DNA from: a bacterium
Lineage (GTDB): Bacteria; Zhuqueibacterota; Zhuqueibacteria; Oceanimicrobiales; Oceanimicrobiaceae
Length of the DNA: 64,000 nt
Reading direction: 5' to 3'
Assembly: GCA_046757165.1 (NCBI GenBank)
Contig: JBHHXT010000001.1
Location: 1-64,000 of the forward strand
The notes beneath the pieces were generated by a model. It searched no databases. It was not told the origin of the DNA and saw only the letters and a list, made by a program, of their open reading frames with translations. Below are positions 21,286-36,200 of the stretch, piece after piece. Position 1 is the first letter of the stretch, and every line of letters starts with the position of its first letter. A program made the position numbers and the translations under genes.

Positions 21286-24200
21286 TTATTTCTGCAAGGT
21301 CAACTTTCGATTCAAAATCGCCTTGCCTATCTTCATGCGCAAGAAGTAAATCCCGGACCCCACTTCAATGCCAGCTTCATTGCGGCCATTCCAGGTGGTT
21401 TTTCTGAAACCGGCCTGCTGCGTTTCGTTCACCAGTTTGCGCACCTCCTGGCCCCTGGCGTTGTAGATGATCATCTCGACCCTGGCGGTCGCAGGCAGGT
21501 CGTATTCGATGGTCGTCTCCAGGTTGAACGGATTCGGGTAGTTCGGCTTCAGGGAAATTGCCGTCGGCAGCGCCGAACCATTATTCATCTCGAAAGACTC
21601 TGCCAGGGTTTCTTCCTGGGAAGCAGCAGTCGTGCCCAGCGTCTGCACGATCAACTGGGGCGCTACCGCTCCTTCCTTCGTGTAGTACTTCACCAGGTTG
21701 GTCGAAGTGCTCGTAATGGCGAAACTGAAGACACCGTTGCCGCCGATGGCGCTCGTGACGTCGAACTCGACAAATGTCGCCGGCGAAACCGGGCCGAGCG
21801 TGCTCAGGGAGGCGCCGCTGATTTCAGGGGCATTGCCTGCTTTCAGTGTTTCCTCCACCCAGGGCAACGAGGTGCCTTGAAAATTATTCGAAACCAGAAA
21901 GACGGAGCCACCGGCATCGCTGCCATCGCCCGCACCGTCTGGAATGCGCAGTTTCAGCGTGGCGCTTTGCACCGCGCCCGTGACACCGATCACGCTAAAC
22001 TTCAAGTAAGACTTGAACTTGCTGGCCTCGACTTTTGTGGTGCCTTTCGCGCCGTAGTTGGCCCCCAAATCGGTCACCTTGACCTGGCCATCATCGGTAG
22101 GCTCAAAGGTAAAAGTTTGCGTGCCGCCTCCGCCATTGACAGTCACGGTGGCCGTCGCCTGGTTGGAGGTCGCGCCGTCGTCGTCTTGCACCGTGTACCT
22201 GAAAGTGACCGTGCCAATAAAGCCCGGGTCTGGCGTGTAAGTCACGATGCCTGAGCTGGCATTGACAATGGCCGTGCCGCTCGAGGGTGGCGTGACAATG
22301 GTCACGCTCGAGGCGTCAAGCGCCCCGTCAGCATCACTATCATTGGCCAGCACCGGAATGAGAACCGGCGCGGCAGCGGTGGTGGTGGCCTGGTCATCGA
22401 CCGCCACCGGCGGATTGTTCGGGCTGCCGCCACCACCCGTCTGGATGATAAGCTGCGGTGAGTTGGCACCTTCCTTGGTCTGGTAGGACGCCAGGTCCGG
22501 CGTTGTCTTGCTGATCGCGAAGCTGTACACCCCGTCGCCGGCAACTGCCAGCGTCACGTCGAACTCGGTAAAGCTGCTGACACTCACCTGTCCAGCGGAG
22601 CTGAGCGGTGAGCCCGTGATGGCCGGGGCATTGCCGGCGTTGAGGGTCTCCTCAACCCAGGGTAACGAACTGTTCGCAAAATTGTTAGACACGGAGAAGA
22701 TCGAACCGCCGTCGACGCTGCCGTTGGTCACAAACAAACGCAACCTGGCACTCTGAACGGTTCCGGTGAGTCCACTGACTGTGAACTTATAGTAGGAGTT
22801 GAATTTGTTTGCTGCGACTTTGGACGAGGCCTTGCTGCCGTAATTCCTGCCGGGGTCGGTTGTCTTGACCTGGCCGTCCTCTGAGGAGTCGAACGTAAAG
22901 GTCTGCCCGCCACCACCACTGCTGGTGACCGTCACGGTCACGGTCGCCGTGTTCGAAGTCAAGCCGCCATCGTCCTGCACGGTGTACTTAAACGAATCCG
23001 TGCCAGTAAAGCCGGCGTTCGGTGAGTAAGTCACCGCGCCGGTGCCCGAGTTCCCGGTGGTGCTGCCATTGGCAGGTGGCGTCACAATCGTCACGCTGCC
23101 TGCGTTCAAGCCGCTTTCGTCCGTATCGTTGGCGAGCACATCGATGGTGACTGGCGTGCCCGAATTCGTACTGGCGTTGTCATTGGAAGCGACCGGAGCT
23201 GTATTGCCGCCCGTTACAGACACCGTTACGGTCCCTGCGTTGGAGGTCGCGCCATCATTGTCGCGCACGGTGTAGGTAAAGGTCACGCTGCCGCTAAACC
23301 CGGCCGCGGAGGTGTAGGTAACGACGCCGGTCGCCGGATTGACAACCGCACTCCCATTGGACGGCGCCGTGGCGATGGCAACGCTACTCGGCGTCAGATT
23401 GCCGTCCGGGTCCGAGTCGTTCGACAAGACGTCGATGGTCACCGATGTTCCGGACTGTGTGGCGGCCTGGTCATTGACGGCCACAGGCGGCTGGTTGGTT
23501 CCCCCACCCCCGCCGGTGGTGACGATCAATTCTGGCAGCGAGGCGCCTTCTTTGGTGTAGTACTTCACCTGGTTTCCCGAGCTGCTCTGAATGCAGAAGC
23601 TATAGACTCCATCTCCGTTCACCACCGAGGTGACATTGAATTCCACCAGGCTATTTGGCGTCACAGCACCCATTGAATGAAGCGCCGCGCCATTGATCTG
23701 CGGTGCGTTGCCGCTGTTGAGCGTCTCTTCAACCCAGGGCAGGGCTGTGCCTTCAAAGTTGTTGCCCACAAAATGGATGGCACCGCCGCTGTCGCTGCCG
23801 TCGCTTACGCCGCTAGTCACGCGCAACCGAACCAGCGCATTTTGTACCGTCCCGCTGACGCCGGTTACGTTGAATTTCAAATACGAAATAAACTTGCCGG
23901 CCTCAACCTTCATGGTCGCTTTCGAGCCATAGTTGCGGCCGGAATCCGTCACCTTCACCTGAGCATCATCGGAGGGCTGAAACGTCAGAGTTTGCCCACC
24001 AACCGTGCCCGTGACCTCTACGGTGACCGTGGCTGCATTCGACGTTGTGCCGTCGTCATCACGCACCGTGTAGGTGAAGGTGTCCGTGCCGGAGAATCCC
24101 GCGTCCGGCGCATAGGTTATGGCGCCGGTGGTACCGTTTAGCGTGGCGGTTCCGTTCAAAGGAAAAGCCACGATGGTCACGCTGCCAGGCAGGAGCACAC

Positions 24201-27200
24201 CGTCCGCATCGGAATCATTGCCGAGCACATCCACTTCCACCGGCGTATTCTCGTCGGTGGCCGCAGCATCGTTGACTGCGACAGGCGCCTGGTTGCTGGC
24301 TGCACCGCCATTGATGATCAACTGAGGCGCGGTCGCGCCTTCTTTGGTGTAATACTTGACCTGATTGCCAGAATTGCTCTGGATACAGAAGCTGTAGACG
24401 CCGGCGCCATTGACTGCGGCGCTGACATCGAATTCCACAAATTGGTTGGGCGAAACAGCACCGACCGTACTCAACACCGGGCTGCTGATTTCAGGAGCAT
24501 TGCCCCTGTTCAGCGTCTCTTCAACCCAGGGCGAGCTCGTTCCTTTGAAGTTGTTTGAAACAAGATGGATGGCGCCGCCGCTGTCGCTGCCGTCTCCCGG
24601 GTCGGAAGTGACCTGCAGCCGAACGATGGCGCTTTGCACCGCCGTATTCAGGCCGGTGACACTGAACTTGAAATAGCTCACAAACTTGCCGGCTTCGACT
24701 TTGGTGGTAGACTTGAGGCCATAATTTTTGCCCAGGTTCGTCACTTTGACCTGGCCATCATCGGTCGGCTCAAAAGTGAACGTGCCGCCGCCGGTGGCCG
24801 AGACTGTGACGGTGACAGTGGCCTCGTTGGAGGTCAAACCGCCGTCATCCTGAACGGTGTAACCAAAGCTATCTGTGCCAGTGAAGCTATTGTTCGGAGA
24901 GTACGTTATTTCGCCTGTTGTCACACTCGCTACAGCGGTTCCATTACCGGGTTGGGTCACGACGACAACGCTGCTCACCACCAGGGTGCCGTCGTCCGTG
25001 TCATTAGCCAGAACGTCAAGGGTGACCGGCGTATTTTCAGAAGTTGCGCCATTATCAGCAACCGCTGCCGGAGGCGTGTTTCCGCTGGCCACTAAAACCG
25101 ATACGGTTGCCTGATTTGAGGTGGCTCCTTCATCATCCTGCACCGTGTAGGTGAAGGTGTCTGTTCCAGAAAATCCGACCGCAGGAGTGTAATTTATGAC
25201 ACCGGTCGCCAGGTTCACTTGTGCCGTTCCGTTCGCAGGAGGCGTGGCGATAGCCACAGTGGAAGGCTGCAAGGTGCCGTCGCTGTCCGAATCATTGCCC
25301 AGGACAGAGATCCCTACTGGCGTATTCGCCGGCGTCGTGGTGGAGTCCTCCACCGCCACAGGCGGCTGATTGCTCGTGCCGCCACTCCCGACGACAATGA
25401 CCATCTGCGGCGAGACCAACCCCTCTTTAGTGTAGTATCTTACCCGATCGCCTGAGCTGCTTTGCACACAAAAGCTATAGGTGCCGTCCCCACTGAACGC
25501 CGCGGTGATATCAAACTCGACCGTTGTGCTTGGTGCAACCGCTGCCAGCGTACTCAGCGCAGGACCCAGGACCTCTGGTGCGTTGCCGCCGTTTAGCGTC
25601 TCCTCGACCCAGGGCGTAGCGGTCCCCTGAAAACTGTTGGCGGCCAGGTGTACCGCGCCGCCGACCTGGCCACCGTCCGACGGGGCGTCGCCTATACGCA
25701 GTCGCAGGCGAACATTCTGCACCGGCCCGCTGACGCCACTGATATTAAACTTGTAATAAGAAACGAAGATGCCAGCCTCAATCTTGGAAGACTCCTTGCT
25801 GCCATAGTTCTTGACCAGATTTGTGAGCTTGACCTGAGCATCATCTGTCGGCTCAAAATTAAAGGTCAAATTGCCATCCGGGTTGGTGACGGTCACGGTG
25901 ACGGTGGCTTCGTTGGCCGTTAAACCGCCATCATCCTGAACGGTGTAGCCAAACGTGTCTGTGCCTGTAAAGCCGCTGTTCGGGACGTAGGTCACCTCGC
26001 CGGTCGTCCCGTTGACGGTCGCGCTGCCGTTCGACGGTGGCGTGGCCACCGTGACGCTGCTCAAATTGAACGCCGCCTCGGGGTCGAGGTCATTCGCCAG
26101 CACATTGATGGTGACGAAGTTACCCACGGTCGTGCTCGTTGTGTCATCGATGGCCTGAGGTGAATCGTTGACCGGCGCGACCGTCAGCCGCACCGTTGCC
26201 ACATTGGAAGTGGCCCCGATATCATCTTTGACCGTGTACTGCAAGCTGTCCGCACCGAAGAAGTTCGTGCCGGGTGTATAGGTGATCTCCCCGCTGGCGC
26301 CATTCACGCTCGCCGTGCCGCTATGCGGTCCCGACACAACTGCGACGCTGGCAGCATTCACGCTCCCGTCCGGGTCAGAGTCGTTATTCAAAATGGAGAT
26401 GAGGATGGCCGCGTCCTCGGGGGTCGCCACCGTGTCATCCACGGCGACCGGGCCGTCATTCTTTTCAACCACCAGGATCGAAACCGTTCCGACATTGGAA
26501 AGCAGGCCATCCTGGTCTTTAACGGTGTATCCAAATTGGTCCAGTCCGGAGAAATTCAGGTTGGGTGTGTAGGTTACGACCCCGGTCGTGCCGTTCACCT
26601 GCACGGTGCCGGAGAGTGGCGCCGAGGTAATCGCGACCGAGGTCGGATCGAGCGTGCCCTCGACGTCCAAATCATTCGCCAACACGGCAATGACGACCGG
26701 CGTGTCCTCGCTTGTGGCATCGGAATCGTCAGCCGCCAGCGGTGCATCATTGACCGCATTGATGGTGATCAACACCGTCGCGACATTCGAGGTCAGGCCG
26801 CTGTTGTCTTTTACGGTGTAGCGAAAACTATCGGCCCCGAAGAAGTTGCTGTTCGGGATGTAGGTCGCGACGCCGTTGACGCTATTGAGGGTCAGCGAGC
26901 CGTGCTCAGGTCCGGAAATCACCGTCAGGGTCGAAAGGTTCAGAGTACCGTCGCTGTCGCTGTCATTGGACAGCATCGATACCACGAAGGCCACATCCTC
27001 GTCAGTCGTCACCGTATCATTGACTGCCACGGGACTATCGTTGTCCTCACCGACGAGGATCGACACCGTCGCCGGGTTGGAAAGGCCCGCTTCATTATCA
27101 GATATGGTGTAAATAAACGAGTCCGAGCCTGAAAAATTCAAGTTTGGCGCATAAGTCACCACTCCTGTCGTGGTGTCGACACTGGTTGTGCCTGATGAAG

Positions 27201-30200
27201 GTCCAGAGGTTACCGTAACTGACCCCGGATCGACCGTGCCGTCGCTGTCGGAATCATTCTGGGCGACGCTGATGGCAACCGGTGTATCTTCTGTCGTGGT
27301 CGCCGCGTCATCCTGAGCCACGGGCATATCGTTGACCGAGGTCACGGTGATGTGGGCCGTGGCAACGTTTGAAGTCGCGCCCAGGTCATCCTTCACAATG
27401 TACCGAAAACTGTCAGGTCCGAAGAAATTCGTGTTCGGGCTGTAGACTATCGCACCGCTGCTGAGAGCCACCGAACCGTTGTCCGGCCCGGAAAGCACGG
27501 TCACCGTTGCTGCATCCAAAGAGCCGTCGCTATCGCTGTCGTTGGCCAGAACGGCAATGGTGATCCCGGTATCTTCCGCCGTCTCCACGCTGTCATCGAG
27601 CGCAACCGGGACATCGTTTTGATCAACAACCGAGATGGAAACCGTGGCGGTGTTGGATGTGAGCCCGGCGTCATCGGCCACCGTATACGTGAACGTGTCG
27701 TTCCCGAAAAAATTCGTGTTTGGCGTGTACGTAATGACGCCAGTCGCCGGGTCGACATTTGCCGCGCCGGAAAAGGGACCGGATGTCACCGCTACTGTCG
27801 TCACATCGAGAGTTCCGTCTATATCGCTATCGTTTTGGGTCACAGAAATAGTCACCGGGATGTCTTCGCTGGTGGTTTCTGAATCATCGACGGCCACGGG
27901 CGCGTCGTTTACCGGTGTGACCGTGATGCGTACGGTCGCATCATTTGACGTCGCCCCCAGATTGTCCTTCACATTGTACCGCAAGCTGTCAACTCCGAAG
28001 AAGTTGGGGGACGGTGTGTAGGTGATTTCACCGGTTGCTGTGTTGACGGTGGCGGAGCCGCTCTGCGGCCCGGCAACCATGGTCACTGAGGATGCCTGCA
28101 CGGAACCGTCGCTGTCACTGTCGTTGGCCAGAACAGCAAGGGTCACCGCGACGTCCTCCGGCGTTGTTGCGGTGTCATCTTCTGCAACCGGTAGGTCGTT
28201 CTGCTCCACGACCGAGACCGAAACGGTTGCCGTGTCCGAGACCAGGCCGTCGTTATCGGCGACGGTGTAAGAAAAGGTGTCTGTGCCAGAAAAATTCTCA
28301 CTCGGCGCATACGTCACAACGCCGGTTGTGCCATTTGCCTGCGCCGTGCCAGAGCTCGGCGCAGAAACAATCGTGACGGAGCCGGGGTTCAGGCTGCCTT
28401 CCACGTCGGTGTCGTTCTGCGTTACGGCGATGTCGACCGGCGTGTCCTCACTGGTGGTCTCCGAATCATCTGTTGCGACCGGCGGGTCGTTCACCGGCGT
28501 GACTGTGATGAGAACGGTCGCAGCATTCGAGGTCGCGCCCAGGTCATCCTTGACCGTGTATCGCAAGCTGTCCACGCCAAAGAAGTTGCTCGCCGGAGTG
28601 TACGTGATGGCGCCGGTTGTGCCATCAATGGTCACCTGGCCGTTTGCTGGCGCCGTGATGACCATCACGGTAGAGGCGTCCAGTGTGCCATCACTGTCGC
28701 TGTCATTCGACAGCACGTTGATACTCATCTGTGTGTCTTCCGGAGTCTGCGCAGTATCCGGCATTGCCACAGGCACATCGTTCTGCTCAACCACCGAGAC
28801 GGAAACGGTCGCGGTGTTGGAGGTGAGACCCTGGTCGTCTGACAATTTGTAGGTAAACACATCTGCGCCGGAGAAATTTGCATTCGGGGTGTAGGTCGCA
28901 ACGCCTGTGGTCGCGTCAACTGCCACCGTTCCCGATGCGGGGGGTGAGACAATTGCAACGGAGGTGACATCAACTGTGCCATCGACGTCGGTGTCATTGA
29001 CCGTGATCGAGATGGCAACCGGCGTGTCCTCGCTGGTCGTTTCAGAGTCATCAACCGCCACCGGCGCGTCGTTCACAGGATGAACGGTAACATGCACCAG
29101 AGCCTGGTTGGAGGCGCCATTGTCATCGTCTCTAACCGAATAGCGCAAGCTGTCGACGCCGAAGAAGTTGCTGTTCGGTGTGTACGTCAGCCCACCTGTG
29201 GCAGGATCGACGGCGGCGGAACCGCTCGCCGGTCCGGAAAGGATTGCCACCGTCGCGGGTTGCAGCGTACCGTCGCTATCCGTATCATTATTCAAGATTG
29301 AAATGACCACCGGTGTATCTTCGTTGGTTTCAGAGGTATCAGAACCGGCCACCGGCAAGTCATTGACATCCGTTACCAGAATCGAGATCAGCGCCGGCTC
29401 GGAAGTCAACCCCTGGTCATCTGAAATCGTGTACGTAAATGTGACCACACCGGAGAACTCCGCGGGGGGTGAGTACGTCACACCGCCGGTTGCCGGATCA
29501 ACCTGCACACTGCCGGAAGAAGGCGGAGTGGCGATGGCCACGGTGGTGACGTCGATGTTGCCTTCCGGGTCAGTGTCATTGGCTGCAACGTCCACCGCCA
29601 CCGGAGTATCTTCCAGAGTCGTGGCGGCATCGTTCACCGCCGTCGGGCGCCCATTGATGACAAAGTAGACCGTGGCCACGTTGGACAAAGCCCCCAGATC
29701 ATCCTGCACCGTGTACTTCAGAGAATCTGGCTCAGATAAGTTTTGCGTCGGCGTATAGGTGATGATACCAGTCGTGTTGTTGACCGTGGCACCGCCATTG
29801 ACCGGCGCGCTCACCACCGTGACAGTCGCCGCCACGATCGAGCCGTCACTATCCGTGTCGTTGGCGAGCACCTGCACGAGCACAGCCGACCCCTGGTTGG
29901 TGAAAGCAGAGTCATCGGCAGCAATCGGCCCATCATTCACATTCGTCACCGTGATGACAACTTGCGCCGCATTCGAAACCGCACCCGCGTTATCTTTGAC
30001 GGTGTATTCTAGTGAATCTGTCCCAAAAAAATTCGAAGCCGGGGTGTAGGTGACCAGACCACTCGTGCCATCCACGGAGGACGTGCCGTTTGTCGGCTGC
30101 GAGACGACACTGACTGAAGTCGGAACCACGCTGCCGTCGACATCGCTGTCGTTGGCGGCAACGTTGATGACCACCGGTGTATCCTCGGGTGTTGCGACAA

Positions 30201-33200
30201 CATCCGGGGAGGCCACAGGCGGATCATTGAGGCCTGTGACGTTCACCACCACTGTCGCCGGAGCCGAGGTCGCGCCGACATCATCCTGAACCGTGTAGGT
30301 GAACGTGTCGACGCCGATAAAATCCACACCCGGAGTGTAGGTGATAATCCCTGTGCCAGTCACAGCGGCTGAGCCACTGCCCGGTTGCGTTGCCACGCTC
30401 ACACTGCCCGCGACCACATTGCCGTCGGGATCACTATCATTGGCCGTGACATCGATTGCAATGGCGGTTTCCTCGCTGGTCGTGGTTGTATCGTTGACCG
30501 CGACGGGCAGCGCGTTTACAATCACCGTCACTGTCGCCGCGTTGGAGAGACGAGCATCATTATCCTCAACCGTATAGGTAAAACTGTCCGACCCCAGGAA
30601 ATTGGCCGCAGGCGTGTAGGTGACAACGCCTGTGGTCGGGTTCACCGTGGCCGAGCCATGACCGGGCGCGCTGGTAATCGCCACGGTAGAGTTGTCTATC
30701 GAGCCATCTGGATCTGTGTCATTGGCTGTCACCTCGATCGCCACGGCTTCATTCTCATTGGTCGAAGCGATGTCGTTATTCGCGATCGGAGTCGAAGTCA
30801 CAACAACCCGCACCGTCGCCAGGTTTGACAGCGCGCCGTCGTCATCCTGGATCCGGTAGGCGAACAAGTCGATGCCGGTAAAACCTGAATTTGGAGTATA
30901 CACAATCTGACCGCCCGGTTTGATCAGCACATTTCCATTTCCCGGCAAGGAAGCAAATAAGGAAGAGGTCACGAGAGTGCCATCGACATCGCTATCATTG
31001 TCTAACACCGAGATATCGACGGCAACCTCACGGCTGGTAACCACGGTGTCATTGACCGCAATCGGGGCATCGTTGATCTCTGTGACCGTCACGATGGCCC
31101 GGGCCTCATTGGACAGCGCCCCTTGATCGTCCCGAATGGTGTAAGAAAACGTATCGATGCCGGCGAAATTCAGCTCCGGCGTGTAACTGATCACGCCCGT
31201 GCTTGCATTGACGCTTGTCGACCCGTGGCCTGGTGGCTGCACCACCGCGACGGTCGTCCCGTCAACGGTGCCCTCCAAATCCGAATCATTGTCCACGACG
31301 ATGATATTGACCGACACATCTTCCTGGGTCGTGGCGTTATCTTCAGCAGCCAGCGGCGGGTCATTGACATCCTGTACTGTTATCACAACGATCGCCTCGT
31401 TCGAAAGCGCGCCCAGATTATCTGCCACCCTGTAGCTCAGGGTGTCGACGCCAAAAAAGTCAGTCCGCGGGGTATAGGTGATCGCCCCGTTGCCAGGGTT
31501 CACCGCGGCGCTACCGTTTGACGGCTGGCGCACCAGGGCGACGGTCGAAACAGCAACCGTACCGTCCACGTCGGAATCATTGCCGGTGACGTTGATATCA
31601 ATCTGTATTTCCTCCTGGGTCGTGACGGCATCGTCCGCTGCAACCGGAGCGTCGTTGACATCTGTGACGCTTATGCGCACGGTCGCGACGTTGGAGAGCG
31701 CAGTGCCGTCATCGCGCACGGTATAGTCGAGCGAGTCGGCGCCGGAGAAATCGGGGCCGGGTGTGTAAGTGATCGAGCCGGAGGGATTGACCGTGGCTGT
31801 GCCATTTTCTGGGGGACGGACGATGGTTACAGAGCTGACATTAACCGTGCCATCCACGTCAGAATCATTCACCAGCACGGTGAGTTCAACAGTAGCCTCC
31901 TCACTGGTGCTGCCGCTGTCATCCTGGGCCAGCGGCGGATCGTTGACACTGGTGACGGTGATGAACACGGTGGCCACGTTGGAAGCAAGGCCGAGATCAT
32001 CCTTGACGGTGTATGTCATGGTATCACTGCCAAAGAACTCCGAATCCGGGGTGTAAGAGATGGTCCCCGTGGTTGTATTCACCAGGGCGGTACCGTGATT
32101 GGGCCCGGACAAGAGCACAACAGACGCCGGCACCAACGTCCCATCCACATCCGAATCGTTGGCCAGGACACCTATGTCAATCGAGGCATCTTCTGCCGTG
32201 GTAATGGTGTCATTGACAGCCACCGGTGCATCGTTTTCATCGGTCACGGTAATCACAACCCGCGCCGTGTTGGACAACGTCCCGGCATCGTCTCTGACGC
32301 GGTAAGTTAGCGTGTCTTTGCCGGCAAAATCGATTGCCGGGGAATAGGTGATCGCTCCAGGCATGGCGCTGAGTGCAGCGCTGCCGTGCTTCGGCGCATC
32401 GACCAGGACAACAGAACTTGCGTCGACAGATCCGTCCACGTCTGTGTCATTGCTGGTTACGGCGATCTCTGTAGCCGTTTCTTCCGCCGTCGTGGCGTTG
32501 TCGTCCACAGCGACCGGCGGGTCGTTCACCGGGGTCACCTGGACCTGAACCGTGGCGGAATTCGAATTGCCCCCACTGTTATCCTGAACCGTGTACGTAA
32601 AGCTGTCTGTGCCGACAAAATCAAGTGCCGGTGTGTAGGTAATGGTGCCACTTCCGGCATTGACGACCGCCGTGCCATTTCCCGGAGCACTGGCAACCAC
32701 GATTGAGCTCGCAACCAGGGTGCCATCGACATCGGAGTCATTGCCCAGAACGTCGATTTCTACAGCAGTTTCTTCTGCTGTCGCGGTGTCATCGTCGACG
32801 GCGACAGGCAGGTCGTTTATTTCCGACACGGTGACGACAACCCTCGCCTCAATCGAGACGGCAGCCACATCATCCTGAACCGTGTAGCCCATGGTGTCTT
32901 TGCCAGCGAAATGCAAAGCCGGCGTGTACGTGATCGCACCCGTCGCGGGGTTGATCGCCCGGGTGCCGTGGCTCGGCTCCCTGACGATTTGAACCGAACC
33001 AGGAACCACGGTGCCATCGACATCCGAGTCATTTGCCAGGACATCGATGGTTACGGCGACTTCCTCATCCGTTATGGCCAAATCATCCACCACAGACGGC
33101 GCATCGTTGACCGGAGTAACCATTACGACGACCCTCGCTTCATTAGAGGACGCGCCACGGTCATCCTTGATGGTGTAGGTGAGCGTATCGAGACCAACAA

Positions 33201-36200
33201 AATTGAGAGCAGGCGTGTAGGTGATCGCACCCGTCACCGGGTCGACACTTGCAGAGCCATCGTCTGGTTGCAGCACAATGGCGACGGAGGTGAGGTCAAG
33301 GGTTCCGTCCAGGTCCTGGTCGTTGGCCGCAACATCGATGACGGTTTGTGTGTCCTCGGGAGTCGTGGCGCTGTCGTCAGCCGCGACCGGCAAGTCGTTG
33401 ACATCGGTCACCGAAATGACCACTGTTGCGACATTGGAGGCGGCGCCAAGATTGTCCCTGACCGAATAGGTCAGGGTGTCCAGGCCGACAAAGTTCAGCG
33501 CCGGCGTGTAGGTAATCGCGCCGTTTGAAAAATCGACCGTTGCGCTGCCATGATTTGGGCCGCTCTGAATGGCCACGGAACCCGGATCGATGGAGCCGTC
33601 GACATCTGAATCATTGCTGATGACACTGATGATCAGAACGGCCTCTTCCGGCGTGGTGACAGCATCATCCACCGCCACCGGCGAATCGTTGACCGGGGTC
33701 ACAGTAACGACGACGGTGGCCGTATTCGAAACCGCGCCAGCCCCATCCTTTACCGTGTAAGTAAGCGTATCATTCCCGACAAAATCCAGTCCAGGGGTGT
33801 AGTTGATGGTTCCAAGGGAGGCATCCACCGTGACGCTCCCATTCGCCGGAGGGGCAACGACCGTCACAGTCGTGACATCGAGGGAGCCGTCCGGGTCCGT
33901 GTCATTGACCGTCACGTCGATGGCAAGCGCACCCTCTTCCACGGTTGTAACCGCATCATCCACGGCAACCGGCGTATCATTGACATTGGCAATGTTCAGG
34001 AACACCTTTGTCTGGCCGGAAACTGCGCCAAGGTCATCCTTTATCGTATAGGTCAGGGAGTCCTGGCCAAAGAAATTTACGGCTGGCGTGTAGGTAATGC
34101 GGCCTGTGCTCGGATTGACGGCTGCACTTCCGTGGGTGGGCGGAGTCACAATCGCAGTCGAGGTCGTGTCGACTGTCCCCTCGATATCGGTGTCATTGGC
34201 CGCCACGTCCAGAACCATCGGGACATCTTCCACGCCGGCAAACGTGTCCACGCCGGTGCTGGGGGGGTCGTTGACAGCCGTGACCGTGACCGAGACCGTG
34301 GCCGGATTCGAAAACGCGCCCAGATTGTCCCGGACTGTGTAGGTAAAAACGTCATTGCCAAAGAAATTCGGATTGGGCGTGTAGGTCACAACACCCGTAG
34401 TCGGATTCACGGTCGTACTGCCGTTATTGGTAGATGTAACTGTCACAGAGCTCGCATCCAGGCTGCCATCGATGTCGGTATCGTTGGCAATCACATCGAT
34501 GTTCACCGGTGTGTCTTCGGCCGTTGTTGCGTTGTCTGGCGCAACGATAGGAGGCTCATTGCCGCCATCGACCGACACACGAACCACGCCGGGAGCGGAG
34601 GGTTGTCCCAGATCATCTTTAATGGTATAGGAAAACGAATCTGGCCCGAAGAAGAAAGGCGCTGGCATGTAGGTGACCACGCCCGTGGTCGGATTCACGG
34701 TCGCCGAGCCGTTTGCAGGCCCCGAAACAACCAGGATCGTTGTCCGGTCAACCGTTCCTTCGATGTCAGTGTCGTTTGCTGCAACATCGATAATGGCGGG
34801 CGTGTTCTTGTTGGTTGAGGCTGAATCAGTGGCCGCAACCGGCGGATCATTGACCGCGGTTATCGTGACCGTCACGTTGGTCACAAGCGATAACGCACCA
34901 TCGTTGTCCTCGACCGTGTAGGTGAACAAGTCGACGCCAGAGAAATTTGCACCGGGTGTATAGGTGACGACGCCGGTCGCCGGCGCCAGGACCGCCGTCC
35001 CAAAGCCCGGAGGCGTGATGATCGAAACAGAGGTCACGTCGATCGAGCCGTCAAGGTCCACATCGTTGGCGGTCACGTCGATGGTAACAGGCGTATCTTC
35101 TGGCGTGGTCGGCGCGTCCGGCACGGCAATCGGTTGCTTGTTTACCTTGACTGTCACGGTCGCACCATTCGATACCCCGCTATCGTCGTCCTGGATGGTG
35201 TATTGAAAAGAGTCTGTGCCGAAAAAGTTCGAGCCCGGCAAGTAAGTGATGACACCGGTCGCGGGATTAACGTTTGTGGTACCGTTCGTGGGGACGACAA
35301 CAACGGTCACCGTCGATTGAGCCAAAGTGCCGTCAAGATCAGAATCATTGCTCTTGACATCGATATCGACCGCCGTGTCCTCGTTGGTTGTCGTCGAATC
35401 ATCGCCGGCTACCGGCGGGTCATTGACATCCACGACCTGGAGCAGGACCGTCGTGGTGTTGGACTGCGCACCGTCCACATCGCGTACCGAATAAGTCAAG
35501 GAATCATCCCCGAAAAAGTTCAGGTCTGGCGCGTACGTGATCGCCCCGGTGGTTGGGCTGACACTGGCCTGGCCATGCAGCGGCAGGGTCCCGAGCGTCA
35601 GCGTCGTCGAAGCAATGGCGTTATCCGGGTCGACATCATTGCTGGTGGCATCGAAACTTGTCTGAGTGTCCTCGTTGGTGCTGACCGTGTCACGCACAGC
35701 CGTGGGCGCATCGTTTATGTTGGTGACGGTCACAAAAACCTTTGCCTGATTGGAAACGGCGCCGTCATTATCCTGGACCGTGTAGGTCAAAGAGTCGAAG
35801 CCGAAGAAATCCACAACTGGCGTGTAAGTTATGACACCGGCGCCGTTGACGCTGGCCTGGCCGTTGGCCGGCGGTTGGACCACTGCGACGGTCGCCGGGG
35901 CGACTGTGCCATCAGAATCCGTGTCGTTTGTCGTCACCGTTATGCTGACTGGCGTCTCTTCCGCCGTGGTTGCATTATCGTTGAAGGCGATGGGTAGGGC
36001 ATTGACCGTCACGGTGACCGTGGCAGTATTGGAGGTTCCGCCATCATGGTCGCTCACCTGATAGGTGAAACTGTCTGTTCCTGAAAAGCCGTTCGCCGGC
36101 GTATAGGTAATGATGCCGGACGACAGGCTGATGCTGGTTGTCCCGTTCGCTGGAGGCGTCACGATGGTGACGCTCGTGGAGTCCAGCGGGCCGTCAGGGT

